In this document: positions 1 to 9,632 of the stretch, piece by piece
How the letters are laid out: each line of letters begins with the position of its first letter
How positions within the stretch are numbered: the first letter of the stretch is position 1
NCBI GenBank assembly: GCA_019057635.1
Contig: DXJL01000206.1
Coordinates: 11,112-35,111 of the forward strand
DNA: 24,000 nt
Direction: 5' to 3'
DNA from: Candidatus Heimdallarchaeota archaeon
GTDB taxonomy: Archaea; Asgardarchaeota; Heimdallarchaeia; Hodarchaeales; Hodarchaeaceae
The notes under the pieces: generated by a model
The model's database searches: none
What the model was told of the DNA's origin: nothing
The model's input: the letters and a program-made list of their open reading frames with translations, nothing else
Program-made: the position numbers and the translations under genes

Positions 1-1
1 T

Positions 2-118
2 ACAAAAAATTCTCTAGCTGAATCTAAAGAGAAGATTCCAAAGCTTAAATTGGAGATTCAGCAATTAATTGAATCAATCAATGAAGAGAAGCAGAATCTT
101 CTCCAAACACTTGATTAG
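2..118 (+). CDS. C-terminal fragment of a CDS truncated by the window edge; charged coiled-coil-like tail
   Basis: Frame starting at base 2 reads TKNSLAESKEKIPKLKLEIQQLIESINEEKQNLLQTLD* with stop TAG at 116-118. Composition is helical/coiled-coil and it meets the next gene tail-to-tail. Confidence 0.5.
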   Translation, partial: TKNSLAESKEKIPKLKLEIQQLIESINEEKQNLLQTLD

Positions 119-891
119 AGAGTCTCCAAAATTTCAATTAACACTTCTGCAGCTGTGGCTTTTCTTACTCGTTGATTGCTCAGATCCATTATTTTTTGAT
201 TAGCTTCTGATAGCGTCTGCCCTTCAATTTCAGAGCGAACTTTTAAACTTTCAACCTTTGTCTCTAAAACCCTAGTTTCTTTTTGAAGGTCAACAAGCCA
301 ACGTCTAACTTTTCTTTCTTCCGTGGCTTTTTTGCGCTGTGTGGTAGCTAATTCGGATGAATATTCATCTTTTAAGGAATCATAAACTGCTCTCGACACA
401 TCCCCAGCTCTATTTTTATCTTCAATTTTTTCTAAACGCACGAGCCATTTTTTCTCTGCTTCTAGGAGCGTTTCTATTTCCAAAAATTCCGGTTTAAGGG
501 TATCTTTCTCCTTTTGTAGGGAATTTATTTTTTCTTGAAGCTTCGCTGTCTGATTAGTTGATTGTGCATCATCAATTAACCCGATCTCAAGCTTTTTCCC
601 AAGTTCATCAACATCTTTCAAGAGAGATTTCATTTCGTTATTGATTTGTTTCTTTCTTTTTCTAGCGTACAAAGAATCTACAACAGAACTGGGGATTTTT
701 TCAATTACATCTTCATGTACGGAGCGAATGGGTTCAGGAGAGGGTGTGTAAACATTTTCCACACGTCTTGCTACTGGAGGAGTAGTTGATTCATCTTGTC
801 CTCTTCGAATAGGACTTCCACAAAAGCGGCAAAATCGGGCCGTTTCACTGATTTCTTTCCCGCAATTCACACAATAAGTTGTTTGTGACAT
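115..891 (-). CDS. N-terminal zinc-ribbon protein with long coiled coil, unknown function
   Basis: 258-aa ORF; N-terminus YCVNCGKEISETARFCRFCGSPI (CxxC...CxxC zinc ribbon) followed by heptad-like charged helices. Confidence 0.85.
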   Translation of the reverse strand: MSQTTYCVNCGKEISETARFCRFCGSPIRRGQDESTTPPVARRVENVYTPSPEPIRSVHEDVIEKIPSSVVDSLYARKRKKQINNEMKSLLKDVDELGKKLEIGLIDDAQSTNQTAKLQEKINSLQKEKDTLKPEFLEIETLLEAEKKWLVRLEKIEDKNRAGDVSRAVYDSLKDEYSSELATTQRKKATEERKVRRWLVDLQKETRVLETKVESLKVRSEIEGQTLSEANQKIMDLSNQRVRKATAAEVLIEILETL

Positions 892-1089
892 TTTATGATC
901 CTTCTAATGGTTTAATTAGTACTTCCTGATCGAGGTTTTTAAAACCTCTATATCGGTGTTTAAAATTGAGTGCGTTCAATTTCTTTTAGAGAAAAAGGAA
1001 GATGATCCTTCTATTGATGAAATTAAGTGATCTAACAAAATAAATGGCAGTATAAAAGAAGTAATGCTAGTGAATAAAGAACAGCAGAG

Positions 1090-1164
1090 TGGACCGGACG
1101 GGATTTGAACCCGTGACCTCCTGATTGCCAACCAGGCGCAACTACCAGGCTGTGCCACCGGCCC
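1090..1164 (-). tRNA. tRNA-Ala (anticodon GGC)
   Basis: Minus strand GGGCCGG-TG-GCAC...TTGC-G-CCTGG-TTGGCAA-TCAGG-AGGTC-ACGGG-TTCAAAT-CCCGT-CCGGTCC-A. Complete cloverleaf, anticodon GGC in the 7-nt loop, G3:U70 alanine identity pair, no intron, no encoded CCA. Confidence 0.96.
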
Positions 1165-1493
1165 ATGATGATTTCACGGCATCATACGTTGACACTCCTA
1201 CGAATTTTATCTCTTTTCACGAATAGTTTCGAATAATTCCCCATATGGATTTTGCCTTGTGTAACGACACCTTTCCTGCAAAATGCATTTTTATGTGGTT
1301 GCTTATCAGCTTTGGATGAAATGTTCAAACTAGTGAAAGGATGTGTTTTGCTAACAATTTTGGGGAAAACAAATTAAAAAAAGTAAGAATACAACTGAAC
1401 TGAAGACATCTGGTGTCTATCGCTATCTTTTAAAAAACATTCAGATTTATTGTCATAAAAATCATAAAAAACTTCTTTACGAGGAATTCTGAA

Positions 1494-2060
1494 ATGATGA
1501 CGGAAATTCGGATTGTATCACGAGGAGGTCAGGGTGGTGTTACTGGTGCTAAAATGTTAGCCTATGCAGGCCATCTTGATGGGAAATTTGTACAAGCTAT
1601 ACCGAAATATGGAGCTGAGAGAAAGGGAGCTCCAATATATGCAGATGTGAGAATTTCTGATGAACATGTGAAAACTCATGCCCCTGTTATAACTGAGAAT
1701 ACTCATAGTTGGATTGTATTAGAACCTTCGTTAGTTCAAACCATACCTTTGAAAAAGCTCTCACCTGATACCTTAATTATAGTCAATTCTCAAAGCTTCC
1801 CTGAATCCCTGAAAAGCGATGAAAAGCTAAAGATAGGAAAAGTTGATGCCGTGAAAATTGCGCGTGAATGTGGTCTGATAAAATCCGGAACTGAAATGGT
1901 TAGTACAATAATGTTGGGAGCTTGGGTGAAAGCTACTAGTTTAGTTAGCTTAGATTCCTTAAAAGAAGCAGTAAAACATCAGTTTGGGGAAGGAGCATTG
2001 ACCGATGCAAACATTCGATCAATTGAACTTGCTTATTCACAATTTGAATTCAAGGAATGA
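1494..2060 (+). CDS. porG: 2-oxoacid (pyruvate-type):ferredoxin oxidoreductase gamma subunit
   Basis: RIVSRGGQGGVTGAKMLAYAGHLDGKFVQAIPKYGAERKGAPIYADVRIS is typical of the gamma domain; first gene of a G-D-A-B operon. Confidence 0.93.
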   Translation: MMTEIRIVSRGGQGGVTGAKMLAYAGHLDGKFVQAIPKYGAERKGAPIYADVRISDEHVKTHAPVITENTHSWIVLEPSLVQTIPLKKLSPDTLIIVNSQSFPESLKSDEKLKIGKVDAVKIARECGLIKSGTEMVSTIMLGAWVKATSLVSLDSLKEAVKHQFGEGALTDANIRSIELAYSQFEFKE

Positions 2061-2063
2061 AGG

Positions 2064-2360
2064 GTGTTTATGATGAATGAAGATATAGAACTTAAAGATC
2101 CAGTTCTACCCCTTGGAAGACCTACACTTGGTTCTGCAGGTGAAACAGGGGATTGGAGAACATATAGACCGAAATTTATTGAAGAAAACTGTATTAAGTG
2201 TTATAAATGCTGGTTATCATGTCCAGAGGGCACTATCCGTGTTGATGCTCATGGAGAATACCCTTATATAGATTATATCTATTGCAAGGGCTGTGGTATT
2301 TGTGTTCATGTTTGTCCAGGAAGGAAGAAGCAGAAAGCCTTGGAAATGATTCCCGAGTAG
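2064..2360 (+). CDS. porD: 2-oxoacid:ferredoxin oxidoreductase delta subunit, 2x[4Fe-4S] ferredoxin
   Basis: Two cluster motifs CIKCYKCWLSCP and CKGCGICVHVCPG; PorD-like N-terminus with TLGSAGETGDWRTYRP. Confidence 0.93.
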   Translation: MFMMNEDIELKDPVLPLGRPTLGSAGETGDWRTYRPKFIEENCIKCYKCWLSCPEGTIRVDAHGEYPYIDYIYCKGCGICVHVCPGRKKQKALEMIPE

Positions 2361-2362
2361 AA

Positions 2363-3520
2363 GTGAAAGAGATGGTACAATCACTAGAAAAACCCCAAAC
2401 AAAGCTAATGACGGGTGCTGAAGCTGTAGCGACAGCTGCAAAACTCTCACGGCCCCAAGTTATAGCAGCATATCCTATTACTCCACAGACAAAAATTGTA
2501 GAGACATTATCAGGAATGGTTGCCCGTGGAGAGATGGATACAGAATATATCAACGTGGAAAGTGAACACAGTGCTATGGGTGCCGTAATTGGTGCATCGC
2601 TGGCTGGGACACGGACATTTACAGCCACTAGTTCACATGGTCTTCTGTATATGGGAGAATTAGTCTGGTGGGCTGGAATGACAAGAATACCTGTTGTCAT
2701 GCCAGTAGTCAATCGTTCTCTAAATCCTTGGAACATTTGGCCAGATCATCAAGATGCAATGGCCTTTCGAGATGCGGGGTGGATACAATTCTACGCTAAA
2801 AATAATCAAGAAGTTTTAGATCTTACGATTTGTGCATTTAAAATTGCAGAGCATCATAAAATCTGGATGCCCGTTATGGTATGTTTAGATGGCTTTATCT
2901 TAAGTCATACTTCAGCACAAGTAGAAATCCCATCCCAAGCAATAGTCGATGCTTTTCTTCCTCCTTTTGAACCGTTAGCTATGCTAGATCCCGATAACCC
3001 TTTTGCTCATGGTTCATTAACTGACTCAGAAGGAATCTGGGAACAACGAATGTCCCTAATTGATGGTTTTAACAATGCACGCGTTCTCATACCTCAGATT
3101 CTCAAGGAGTATACTGATAAAATAGGAAGGCTTGGAGATTATCTGATAGAAGTAACAGGTAACATTGAAGAAGCAGAATGTGCGATTATGGCATTAGGTA
3201 CTTTAGGAGAAGAAGCAGAACAAACAGTAGAATTTTTATCTGAAAAAAATATCAAAACGGTTGTTTTTCGACTTCGAGTCTTCCGTCCCTTCCCAAGAAA
3301 GGAGTTAATTTCTCTCATAAAGAGAGTTCCAAGACTACTCGTCATTGATCGTGCTGTTTCTTTCGGAAATGCTGGACAATTAGCAATTGAAATCCAAGCT
3401 GAATTATTTGCACATAAAGTAGATGTCTTATTCTATCAAAAAATCATGGGGCTAGGAGGAATGGATGTTACATATGCTGACATCGCCGTTGAGGTAGAAA
3501 ATATACTCAAGGAGGAATAG
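2363..3520 (+). CDS. porA: 2-oxoacid:ferredoxin oxidoreductase alpha subunit
   Basis: TGAEAVATAAKLSRPQVIAAYPITPQTKIVETLS...EYINVESEHSAMGAVIGASLAGTRTFTATSSHGL. The ORF track start at 2282 lies inside porD. Better starts are GTG 2363 or ATG 2372, just after the porD stop at 2360. Confidence 0.93.
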   Translation: MKEMVQSLEKPQTKLMTGAEAVATAAKLSRPQVIAAYPITPQTKIVETLSGMVARGEMDTEYINVESEHSAMGAVIGASLAGTRTFTATSSHGLLYMGELVWWAGMTRIPVVMPVVNRSLNPWNIWPDHQDAMAFRDAGWIQFYAKNNQEVLDLTICAFKIAEHHKIWMPVMVCLDGFILSHTSAQVEIPSQAIVDAFLPPFEPLAMLDPDNPFAHGSLTDSEGIWEQRMSLIDGFNNARVLIPQILKEYTDKIGRLGDYLIEVTGNIEEAECAIMALGTLGEEAEQTVEFLSEKNIKTVVFRLRVFRPFPRKELISLIKRVPRLLVIDRAVSFGNAGQLAIEIQAELFAHKVDVLFYQKIMGLGGMDVTYADIAVEVENILKEE

Positions 3521-3524
3521 AGAC

Positions 3525-4412
3525 ATGAATGTTAAAATCCCAGAAATGATGGATCGTCCTGAAGTATTATTACGTGGAAATTTTGCCTGCGCAGGATGTG
3601 GATTATCTATTGCTTATAAAACATCTATATCCGCATTAAATCGTCCTATTGTTGTTATACCTGCCTGTTGTTCCTCTGTAATACAGAGTTTGCATCCAAA
3701 TGTTGCTTATAATGTACCTACGCTGAATATCGCTTTTGCTGCTCATGCAAGTGCAGCTTCGGGAATAGCTCGGGCAAAAAAGATGCGAGGAGAGGACACA
3801 ACAACGGTAGTATGGTCTGGAGATGGAGGTACTTATGATATAGGATTATCAACTTGGTCTGGGGCGGCGGAGAGAAATGAGAATATAATACATTTCTGTT
3901 ATGATAATAATTTTTATTCGAATACAGGAGCTCAACGAAGTGGAGCGACTCCACGGGGTGCAGTTACAACTACAACTCCCAGAGGCAAACGAGAAAAGCG
4001 GAAAAGCATAGCTCGAATTATGGCTGCACACGATATTCCATATATTGCTACTGCATCAATAGGTTATCTTCGAGACTTGTACACGAAAGTCAAAAAAGCC
4101 TCAATGATTGAGGGGTATAGATTCATTCTGATTGATGCACCTTGTCCTACTGGTTGGAACTCTGATCCTGCAATCACCCCTGAATTAGGAGAATTGTCCG
4201 TAAAAACTGGTTATTTTCCTTTGTTTGAAATTGAAGAAGGAAAGCTCACCTTTAGCAAACGCGGAATACGCTATAAGGATCCCATAAACCGTCTATCAAT
4301 TGAAAAATACCTTGAAAAACAAGGACGATTCAAAAGTATGACATCAGAGCAGACAAAGTTGCTTACTGACGATTTACAGTATGAATGGGATATGTTATCA
4401 AAATTAGAATAA
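3525..4412 (+). CDS. porB: 2-oxoacid:ferredoxin oxidoreductase beta subunit (TPP-binding)
   Basis: CAGCGLSIAYKTS; TPP motif GDGGTYDIGLSTWSGAAERNENIIHFCYDNNFYSNTGAQRSGATP. Confidence 0.94.
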   Translation: MNVKIPEMMDRPEVLLRGNFACAGCGLSIAYKTSISALNRPIVVIPACCSSVIQSLHPNVAYNVPTLNIAFAAHASAASGIARAKKMRGEDTTTVVWSGDGGTYDIGLSTWSGAAERNENIIHFCYDNNFYSNTGAQRSGATPRGAVTTTTPRGKREKRKSIARIMAAHDIPYIATASIGYLRDLYTKVKKASMIEGYRFILIDAPCPTGWNSDPAITPELGELSVKTGYFPLFEIEEGKLTFSKRGIRYKDPINRLSIEKYLEKQGRFKSMTSEQTKLLTDDLQYEWDMLSKLE

Positions 4413-4461
4413 TCTAAAACTTTGATATCCTTCCATTTCTTTAAATTTCAGCTTTTTTGCC

Positions 4462-6072
4462 TTATAAGGGTTTTCGCATATAAGGTCCAATCTGGCTAAA
4501 CCCTAATTTACGATAATAATCACGTACACCAAGACCGGATGTTACTAGGATTTTTCGATAATCTCGATCACGTGCGATTTCTTCTGCTTTTGCAATTAGC
4601 TTTGCCCCAAGTCCCCGATGTTGCCACTCTAGCTTTTTTGGTTCTTGACCAATTCCTACTAATTGACCATAAACATGAAGCTCTCGGATAATCACTGCAG
4701 ATTGATCTTTAATTTCAGGCCGATAAGATGCACTTGATGGTTCCCTAACTCGTAAAAATCCAAATAAAGTCTTTTTATCTTCAGTATCAAAGGATATGAA
4801 ATGTTCTATACCACCAGACGCTGGATATTCATATGTGTGTAACTTTCTTTCCTTTTCTGACCATGACTGATCCTTCCGAAGAATCTGATGTCCAACTTCT
4901 CTACATCGGATACAGGAACATACCCCTCCCTTGTTTCTAAGATGTTTATCTGCTAGTTCTCTGAGATTCCCATAACGCACTCCATCCGTGATTAAATAAG
5001 CAGGGATATCTCTTTGTACTCGTTGGATACGAACAAATTCTGGTGTGATTTCTTTAATTTTGGATATAACCTCAACCACTTTGTCTGAATTGTATGGTAC
5101 GTATTCTTTTTTCTGCCATAAATTGAACAATGGAGTATTTTGAAGTACTAATGTGGGGTAGATTTTTACAGCATCTGGAACATAGCGAGGATCTGTGTAC
5201 ATAGTTTTAAACATCTGTACGTCTTCTTCAGGAGTCTGGAATAGGTTAGGCATTAGATGTAAAGTGATTTTTAGACCTCCGTCCCGAGCAAAGCGAATTG
5301 CTCTTTCTACATCTTGAATTGTATGATGACGTTGCACGTGTTTTAAGACGTCATCCGATAATGTTTGTACTCCGATCTCGACCCACGTTCCCCCTAGTTC
5401 TAGAATTCTATTTACATGAGTTTTCTTGCAATAATCAGGGCGAGTTTCGAAGGTTATCCCGACATTACGTCTGAGACTTCGGTCAGAATAATCCTTAGCC
5501 ATCTGTAATGATGAGGATGATTCGCCAGTTATTCCATCAAGAGATTCTCTTATGTAATTCTCTTGATATTCTTCTGGGTTAGCTAAGAAGGTACCTCCCA
5601 TAATTACTAAGTGAACTTTATCAAGTGGATGTCCAATGGCTCTAAGCTGATTTAATCTAGCATTAACTTGCTTTTTTGGATCGAAATCATTTTGAATACC
5701 GCGCATTGCCGCTGGTTCTCTTCCAGTGTAAGATTTAGGGGCTCCTGGAACATCAGGACAGTAGATACATTTACCCGGGCAAGGTGACGGTTTTGTCATT
5801 AGAGCTACAACAGCAATACCACTTATAGTTCTAACTTTACGAACTCGCAGAAAAATTCGTAAAGATTCTTTATCGGAATTAGTCAAAATATCTGTCGATT
5901 CAACAAATTCTATAATTTCTGAATTTCGAACGAATCTATCTAAATTGTATTCCTTTGCCATTTTCCTCTTTAAACTTTCTAGCTTGGAATGCTTTAACCC
6001 AAGATCATTCACGAGAGCGACCACAATTGCTTCAAGAGCTTGATTCAATTTATCGGTTAAATTTTGAGCCAT
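4462..6072 (-). CDS. elp3: Elp3 family radical SAM / GNAT tRNA (uridine-34) carboxymethyl-type modification enzyme
   Basis: CPGKCIYCPDVPGAPKSYTGREPAAMRGIQNDFDPKKQVNARLNQL...; C-terminal acetyltransferase segment QHRGLGAKLIAKAEEIARDRDYRKILVTSGLGVRDYYRKLGF. Confidence 0.96.
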   Translation of the reverse strand: MAQNLTDKLNQALEAIVVALVNDLGLKHSKLESLKRKMAKEYNLDRFVRNSEIIEFVESTDILTNSDKESLRIFLRVRKVRTISGIAVVALMTKPSPCPGKCIYCPDVPGAPKSYTGREPAAMRGIQNDFDPKKQVNARLNQLRAIGHPLDKVHLVIMGGTFLANPEEYQENYIRESLDGITGESSSSLQMAKDYSDRSLRRNVGITFETRPDYCKKTHVNRILELGGTWVEIGVQTLSDDVLKHVQRHHTIQDVERAIRFARDGGLKITLHLMPNLFQTPEEDVQMFKTMYTDPRYVPDAVKIYPTLVLQNTPLFNLWQKKEYVPYNSDKVVEVISKIKEITPEFVRIQRVQRDIPAYLITDGVRYGNLRELADKHLRNKGGVCSCIRCREVGHQILRKDQSWSEKERKLHTYEYPASGGIEHFISFDTEDKKTLFGFLRVREPSSASYRPEIKDQSAVIIRELHVYGQLVGIGQEPKKLEWQHRGLGAKLIAKAEEIARDRDYRKILVTSGLGVRDYYRKLGFSQIGPYMRKPL

Positions 6073-6093
6073 TTGATAGATTCCCGATCAATC

Positions 6094-7131
6094 TTAGCGT
6101 GAAAACACTGCAAGTGAGAGTAGTAATGCCATAATTAACAGAAGAGTATGTACCAGTAATAATAGTTGTACATTCCTTTTTTCAGTAAGTTTAAAGTAGT
6201 AAGGAAGGATCCAATATGCCGTGTAAGGACAAGGTGCTACAATATTATTATCTTCATCTATTGTAGCAATCTTTTTTGTTTGTTGAGTTTTTAGGTATAA
6301 GATGAATAATGCAAAATTGATGAAATGGAGACCGAATGCACCAATTGCTAGTCGATCCATATTTCCGATGATCAGTGCCACTATTATTCCTGTTCCTAAT
6401 GTTAAGGTACCTGTATCTCCTATTAAGATTTTTGCAGGATACCAATTGAACAAAAGTAACACAATAAATCCTCCTAATAATGCCGAGGTAAACATTGCAA
6501 CTACTGGATCATCAACAAGAAAAGAAATAATTAAAATGGCAACCAAGGATATAACCCCATTTCCGACCTCGAGTCCATTAAAACCTGCCAACATATTGAA
6601 GGAGTTAAAGGCAAAATTAATGGCCAGTGGAATAATAATTAAGCTGTATAAGTTCAAACCACCAAGTGTCAAATCAATGTTTCCTAATATGCCCAAATTG
6701 ATACTACTATTTCCTACTTTCAACGCCATTAAAGGTAAGGCTGGTAAGAATCCTAATAGAATTTTATCTTTCCATTTTATTTTGAATACGTCATCAAGAA
6801 AACCAATTAAACCAGCGATTACTACACTCATCAACCCAGCAAGTAGGGGCACAAATGACTGCTCCTCCGTTGCTTCAGTAAAAGGGTAAACCTGTAGCTC
6901 AGTCATATACGCCCACCCGAAGATAAGAAGTAAAATTGTGATAATAAATGCTATCAGAGGCGCTAAACCTCCAGCTTCTGCAATTATGGGAGTATTTTTT
7001 TTGTGTGCATCAACAGTTGTTATACCTCGTTTGAGAGAAACATCTTTTACCCAAGGTACAAGAAATCTCGTTATTACTGCTGAAATCAGGAATGCAAATA
7101 CTGTAGTAGGAATAATTACGGCGGATAGCAT
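6094..7131 (-). CDS. Glycosyltransferase family 4, UDP-GlcNAc:(dolichyl/polyprenyl)-phosphate GlcNAc-1-phosphate transferase-like
   Basis: Polytopic membrane protein with EAGGLAP, GFLDDVFKIKWKDKILLGFLPALPL, NMLAGFNGLE, GDTGTLTLG; MraY/WecA/Alg7-type motifs. Confidence 0.88.
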   Translation of the reverse strand: MLSAVIIPTTVFAFLISAVITRFLVPWVKDVSLKRGITTVDAHKKNTPIIAEAGGLAPLIAFIITILLLIFGWAYMTELQVYPFTEATEEQSFVPLLAGLMSVVIAGLIGFLDDVFKIKWKDKILLGFLPALPLMALKVGNSSINLGILGNIDLTLGGLNLYSLIIIPLAINFAFNSFNMLAGFNGLEVGNGVISLVAILIISFLVDDPVVAMFTSALLGGFIVLLLFNWYPAKILIGDTGTLTLGTGIIVALIIGNMDRLAIGAFGLHFINFALFILYLKTQQTKKIATIDEDNNIVAPCPYTAYWILPYYFKLTEKRNVQLLLLVHTLLLIMALLLSLAVFSR

Positions 7132-7264
7132 AATCTAACACTTTTTAATGCTCTAATATGTCCATTCTTCCAGAGAGAAGAATTGATTAAAAGATTTTAA
7201 CTAGCTGTTTTGTACGAATCTGTTTCATCAATATGTTTGAAATAGAACAAAAGAGGCTCTAACC

Positions 7265-8281
7265 GTGAAATGTATCATACCTGCAGCAGGTAAAGGAATT
7301 CGACTCCAACCACATACTCTAAATAAACCAAAAGCATTATTAACGTTAGGTAACAAACCTATAATTGCCCATATTGTAGATAAGATACTGGAAGCCAATA
7401 TTTCGGACATCATAATCATTGTAGGTTTTGAGAAAGAAAAATTGAAAAATTTTCTTCTTACAGATTATTCAGACAAATGTAATTTAACCTTTATTGAACA
7501 AAGAGAAAGAAGGGGACTTGGACATGCAATTTACTTAGCATCAAAATATCTGGACGGAGAACCGACAATAATCACGTTAGGTGATTCTCTCTATGAGAAC
7601 TCATATATTTCTATGTTGCAGGAGTATGATAAATGTAATACTTGGGATGGGTTATTAACCGTTAGAGAGGTTTCCAATCCCCACTCATATGGTGTTGTTG
7701 TTACTGACTCGCATTCATCCATTATTAAATCTATGATCGAAAAACCTCAAGATCTTATCTCTAATAAAGCAATTACAGGAGTATACATAATCCGAAATAC
7801 AAAAGCTCTTGAGGATAATTTGAAAGATATCGTTGAAACTAATTCTACTGGAGCCGGAGGAGAAATACAATTGACTGATGCTTTACAAAAGATGATAGAA
7901 AAGGGATTCACCTTAGGAGTGATTGATTCTGGGGAATGGTTCGATTGTGGGAATAAAGAATCATTATTAGAAGGAAATCGATTTGTCCTATCCTCTCTAC
8001 AAATATCTGAAATAAAAAGTGAAATTATCAACAGCAGTATTATTCATCCTGTAGTTATTGAAGCTGGTTGTTCCATCAGCAATTCGATAATTGGACCAAA
8101 TGTAAGTATTGCCCAAGAGACTACAGTTACAAGGGGAATAATATCCTCTTCCATAATTGGCTCGGGGTCAGTTATAAAAAATGTGAATATTAAAAATTCT
8201 ATTATCGGGAATGAGGTATCAGTGGAAGGAGAATTACACGATTTAAATGTCGGAGATAACAAAGAGATTCAGATTTCATAA
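7265..8281 (+). CDS. Sugar-phosphate nucleotidyltransferase with C-terminal left-handed beta-helix repeats
   Basis: MKCIIPAAGKGIRLQPHTLNKPKALLTLGNKPII; FGFE-like EKE motifs, ITLGDSLY; C-terminal hexapeptide repeats (VVIEAGCSISNSIIGPNVSIAQETTV...). Confidence 0.9.
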   Translation: MKCIIPAAGKGIRLQPHTLNKPKALLTLGNKPIIAHIVDKILEANISDIIIIVGFEKEKLKNFLLTDYSDKCNLTFIEQRERRGLGHAIYLASKYLDGEPTIITLGDSLYENSYISMLQEYDKCNTWDGLLTVREVSNPHSYGVVVTDSHSSIIKSMIEKPQDLISNKAITGVYIIRNTKALEDNLKDIVETNSTGAGGEIQLTDALQKMIEKGFTLGVIDSGEWFDCGNKESLLEGNRFVLSSLQISEIKSEIINSSIIHPVVIEAGCSISNSIIGPNVSIAQETTVTRGIISSSIIGSGSVIKNVNIKNSIIGNEVSVEGELHDLNVGDNKEIQIS

Positions 8282-8294
8282 GGAATTCACAGCC

Positions 8295-8594
8295 ATGACA
8301 AATAAAACGATTAAAGATTTCCAACAGTTGATGAAAGAGCTCTATCTTGATCGTGACCAACAACGGGGAATAGAAAAAAGTTTATTATGGCTACAAACAG
8401 AACAAGGTGAGCTAATAAACGCATATCTCAAAGAAGACACCTCAACAATGAATGAAGAAGTTGCCGACATATTCGCGTGGCTTTGTTCAGTATGTAATCT
8501 ATTTAAAATTGACCTCGAAACCGCTGCGTGGAGTAAATATCCCGATAAATGTCCTAAGTGTATGAAATCTCCCTGTAATTGTTTAGCAAAATAA
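8295..8594 (+). CDS. MazG-like nucleotide pyrophosphohydrolase family protein
   Basis: IKDFQQLMKELY...SLLWLQTEQGELINAYLK...MNEEVADIFAWLCSVCNLFKIDL (ExxE...EExxD pattern) plus C-terminal CPKCMKSPCNC. ATG at 8295 preferred over the track start at 8247. Confidence 0.8.
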   Translation: MTNKTIKDFQQLMKELYLDRDQQRGIEKSLLWLQTEQGELINAYLKEDTSTMNEEVADIFAWLCSVCNLFKIDLETAAWSKYPDKCPKCMKSPCNCLAK

Positions 8595-8620
8595 AGAAAA
8601 ATTTCAAGCTTTTTTCGAGT

Positions 8621-9349
8621 TCATTGCTCGTACACATTTTTTTTCCTGTCATATTCAATACGCGTCATTACCTGCCTTGCAGGTGAGCCCATCATCACAG
8701 CTTCTTTAGGAACGTTTTTTGTAACGATTGATCCTGCTGTTATAACCGAATTCTCACCAATGACAATTCCAGGAAGAATAACTGCTGCGATACCAATAAC
8801 TGCACCATCTTTTACGTGTGTTTCAATTAATCGACTACTCACTGGGTATAGATCATTTGTAAAGCGAACTCCCGGACCTAGAAAAACTTCATCTCCTAAT
8901 CTTACTTTAGGCGGAATAAAATTGTTTGATTGAATTCGTGCGTTCTTCCCTACGACAACATTTCCATCTATAATTGTCCCACTACCAATGATGCTCCCCA
9001 ATCCAATTTTGCACTTCTCACGAATCACCACATTTGTACCAGTTTCGACATGGTCTGCTAATTCTGTTCCCTCATAAATCGTTGTAAAAGCTCTAATATG
9101 ATTTTTTTTTCCAAGAATCGTGCCAGATGATTTTTTATCATAATGCATGTCTAAATTAGATATGCTTTCCTTTTTTGACATAATTTCTTTAGTTTTCGAA
9201 CGAATAGGATAACCAATGATGACCGATGGATCAATTATTGAATTTTCACCTATTATTGACGCACCATAAATAAAACTAGCATTTGATACGTATGGTGAGT
9301 GTATTTTTGCACTTTTAGAAAGAAAATTGGAAACTTCCATCATAAACAT
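8621..9349 (-). CDS. Hexapeptide-repeat (LbH) acyl/acetyltransferase, WbbJ-type
   Basis: VIGENSVITAGSIVTKNVPKEAVMMGSPARQV plus many hexapeptide turns. Confidence 0.87.
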   Translation of the reverse strand: MFMMEVSNFLSKSAKIHSPYVSNASFIYGASIIGENSIIDPSVIIGYPIRSKTKEIMSKKESISNLDMHYDKKSSGTILGKKNHIRAFTTIYEGTELADHVETGTNVVIREKCKIGLGSIIGSGTIIDGNVVVGKNARIQSNNFIPPKVRLGDEVFLGPGVRFTNDLYPVSSRLIETHVKDGAVIGIAAVILPGIVIGENSVITAGSIVTKNVPKEAVMMGSPARQVMTRIEYDRKKNVYEQ

Positions 9350-9354
9350 CTCAA

Positions 9355-9627
9355 TTATTGCTCAAGATTTGTTGATATAACCGGGGATTTTGTATCCTCT
9401 TCCTCTTTTATTTCGGGAGGTAAAAAGAAATAAGTAACAAGAGTGAAAATGAAAATAATAAGCAAAATAATTAAAAGAAAAACACCATCAAATGGTATAA
9501 ATGGAACTAGTGGTCCAAGAATTATGACCATAAATCCAATAATCATGGATGATATAACGGCCACAAGAATTCCTCGAAGGATTTTAAATAATGAATTTTC
9601 AACCATTGTATGCACCGTCTTTAGCAA
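9355..9627 (-). CDS. Small membrane protein with two predicted TM segments, unknown function
   Basis: 90-aa ORF with hydrophobic stretches ILVAVISSMIIGFMVIILGPLVPFI and VFLLIILLIIFIFTLVTYFFLP; tightly packed between genes. Confidence 0.6.
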   Translation of the reverse strand: MLKTVHTMVENSLFKILRGILVAVISSMIIGFMVIILGPLVPFIPFDGVFLLIILLIIFIFTLVTYFFLPPEIKEEEDTKSPVISTNLEQ

Positions 9628-9632
9628 AAAAC

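Noticed and set aside
976-1158. ORF of 60 aa on the minus strand (MAQPGSCAWLAIRRSRVQIPSGP...)
   Set aside because: It is a read-through of the tRNA-Ala gene at 1090-1164.
2233-2736. ORF of 167 aa on the minus strand opposite porD/porA
   Set aside because: It is antisense to strongly conserved oxidoreductase genes and its composition is a shadow-frame artefact.
6302-6889. ORF of 195 aa on the plus strand opposite the GPT/MraY-like gene
   Set aside because: It is a shadow ORF of a membrane-protein gene with clear family motifs on the minus strand.
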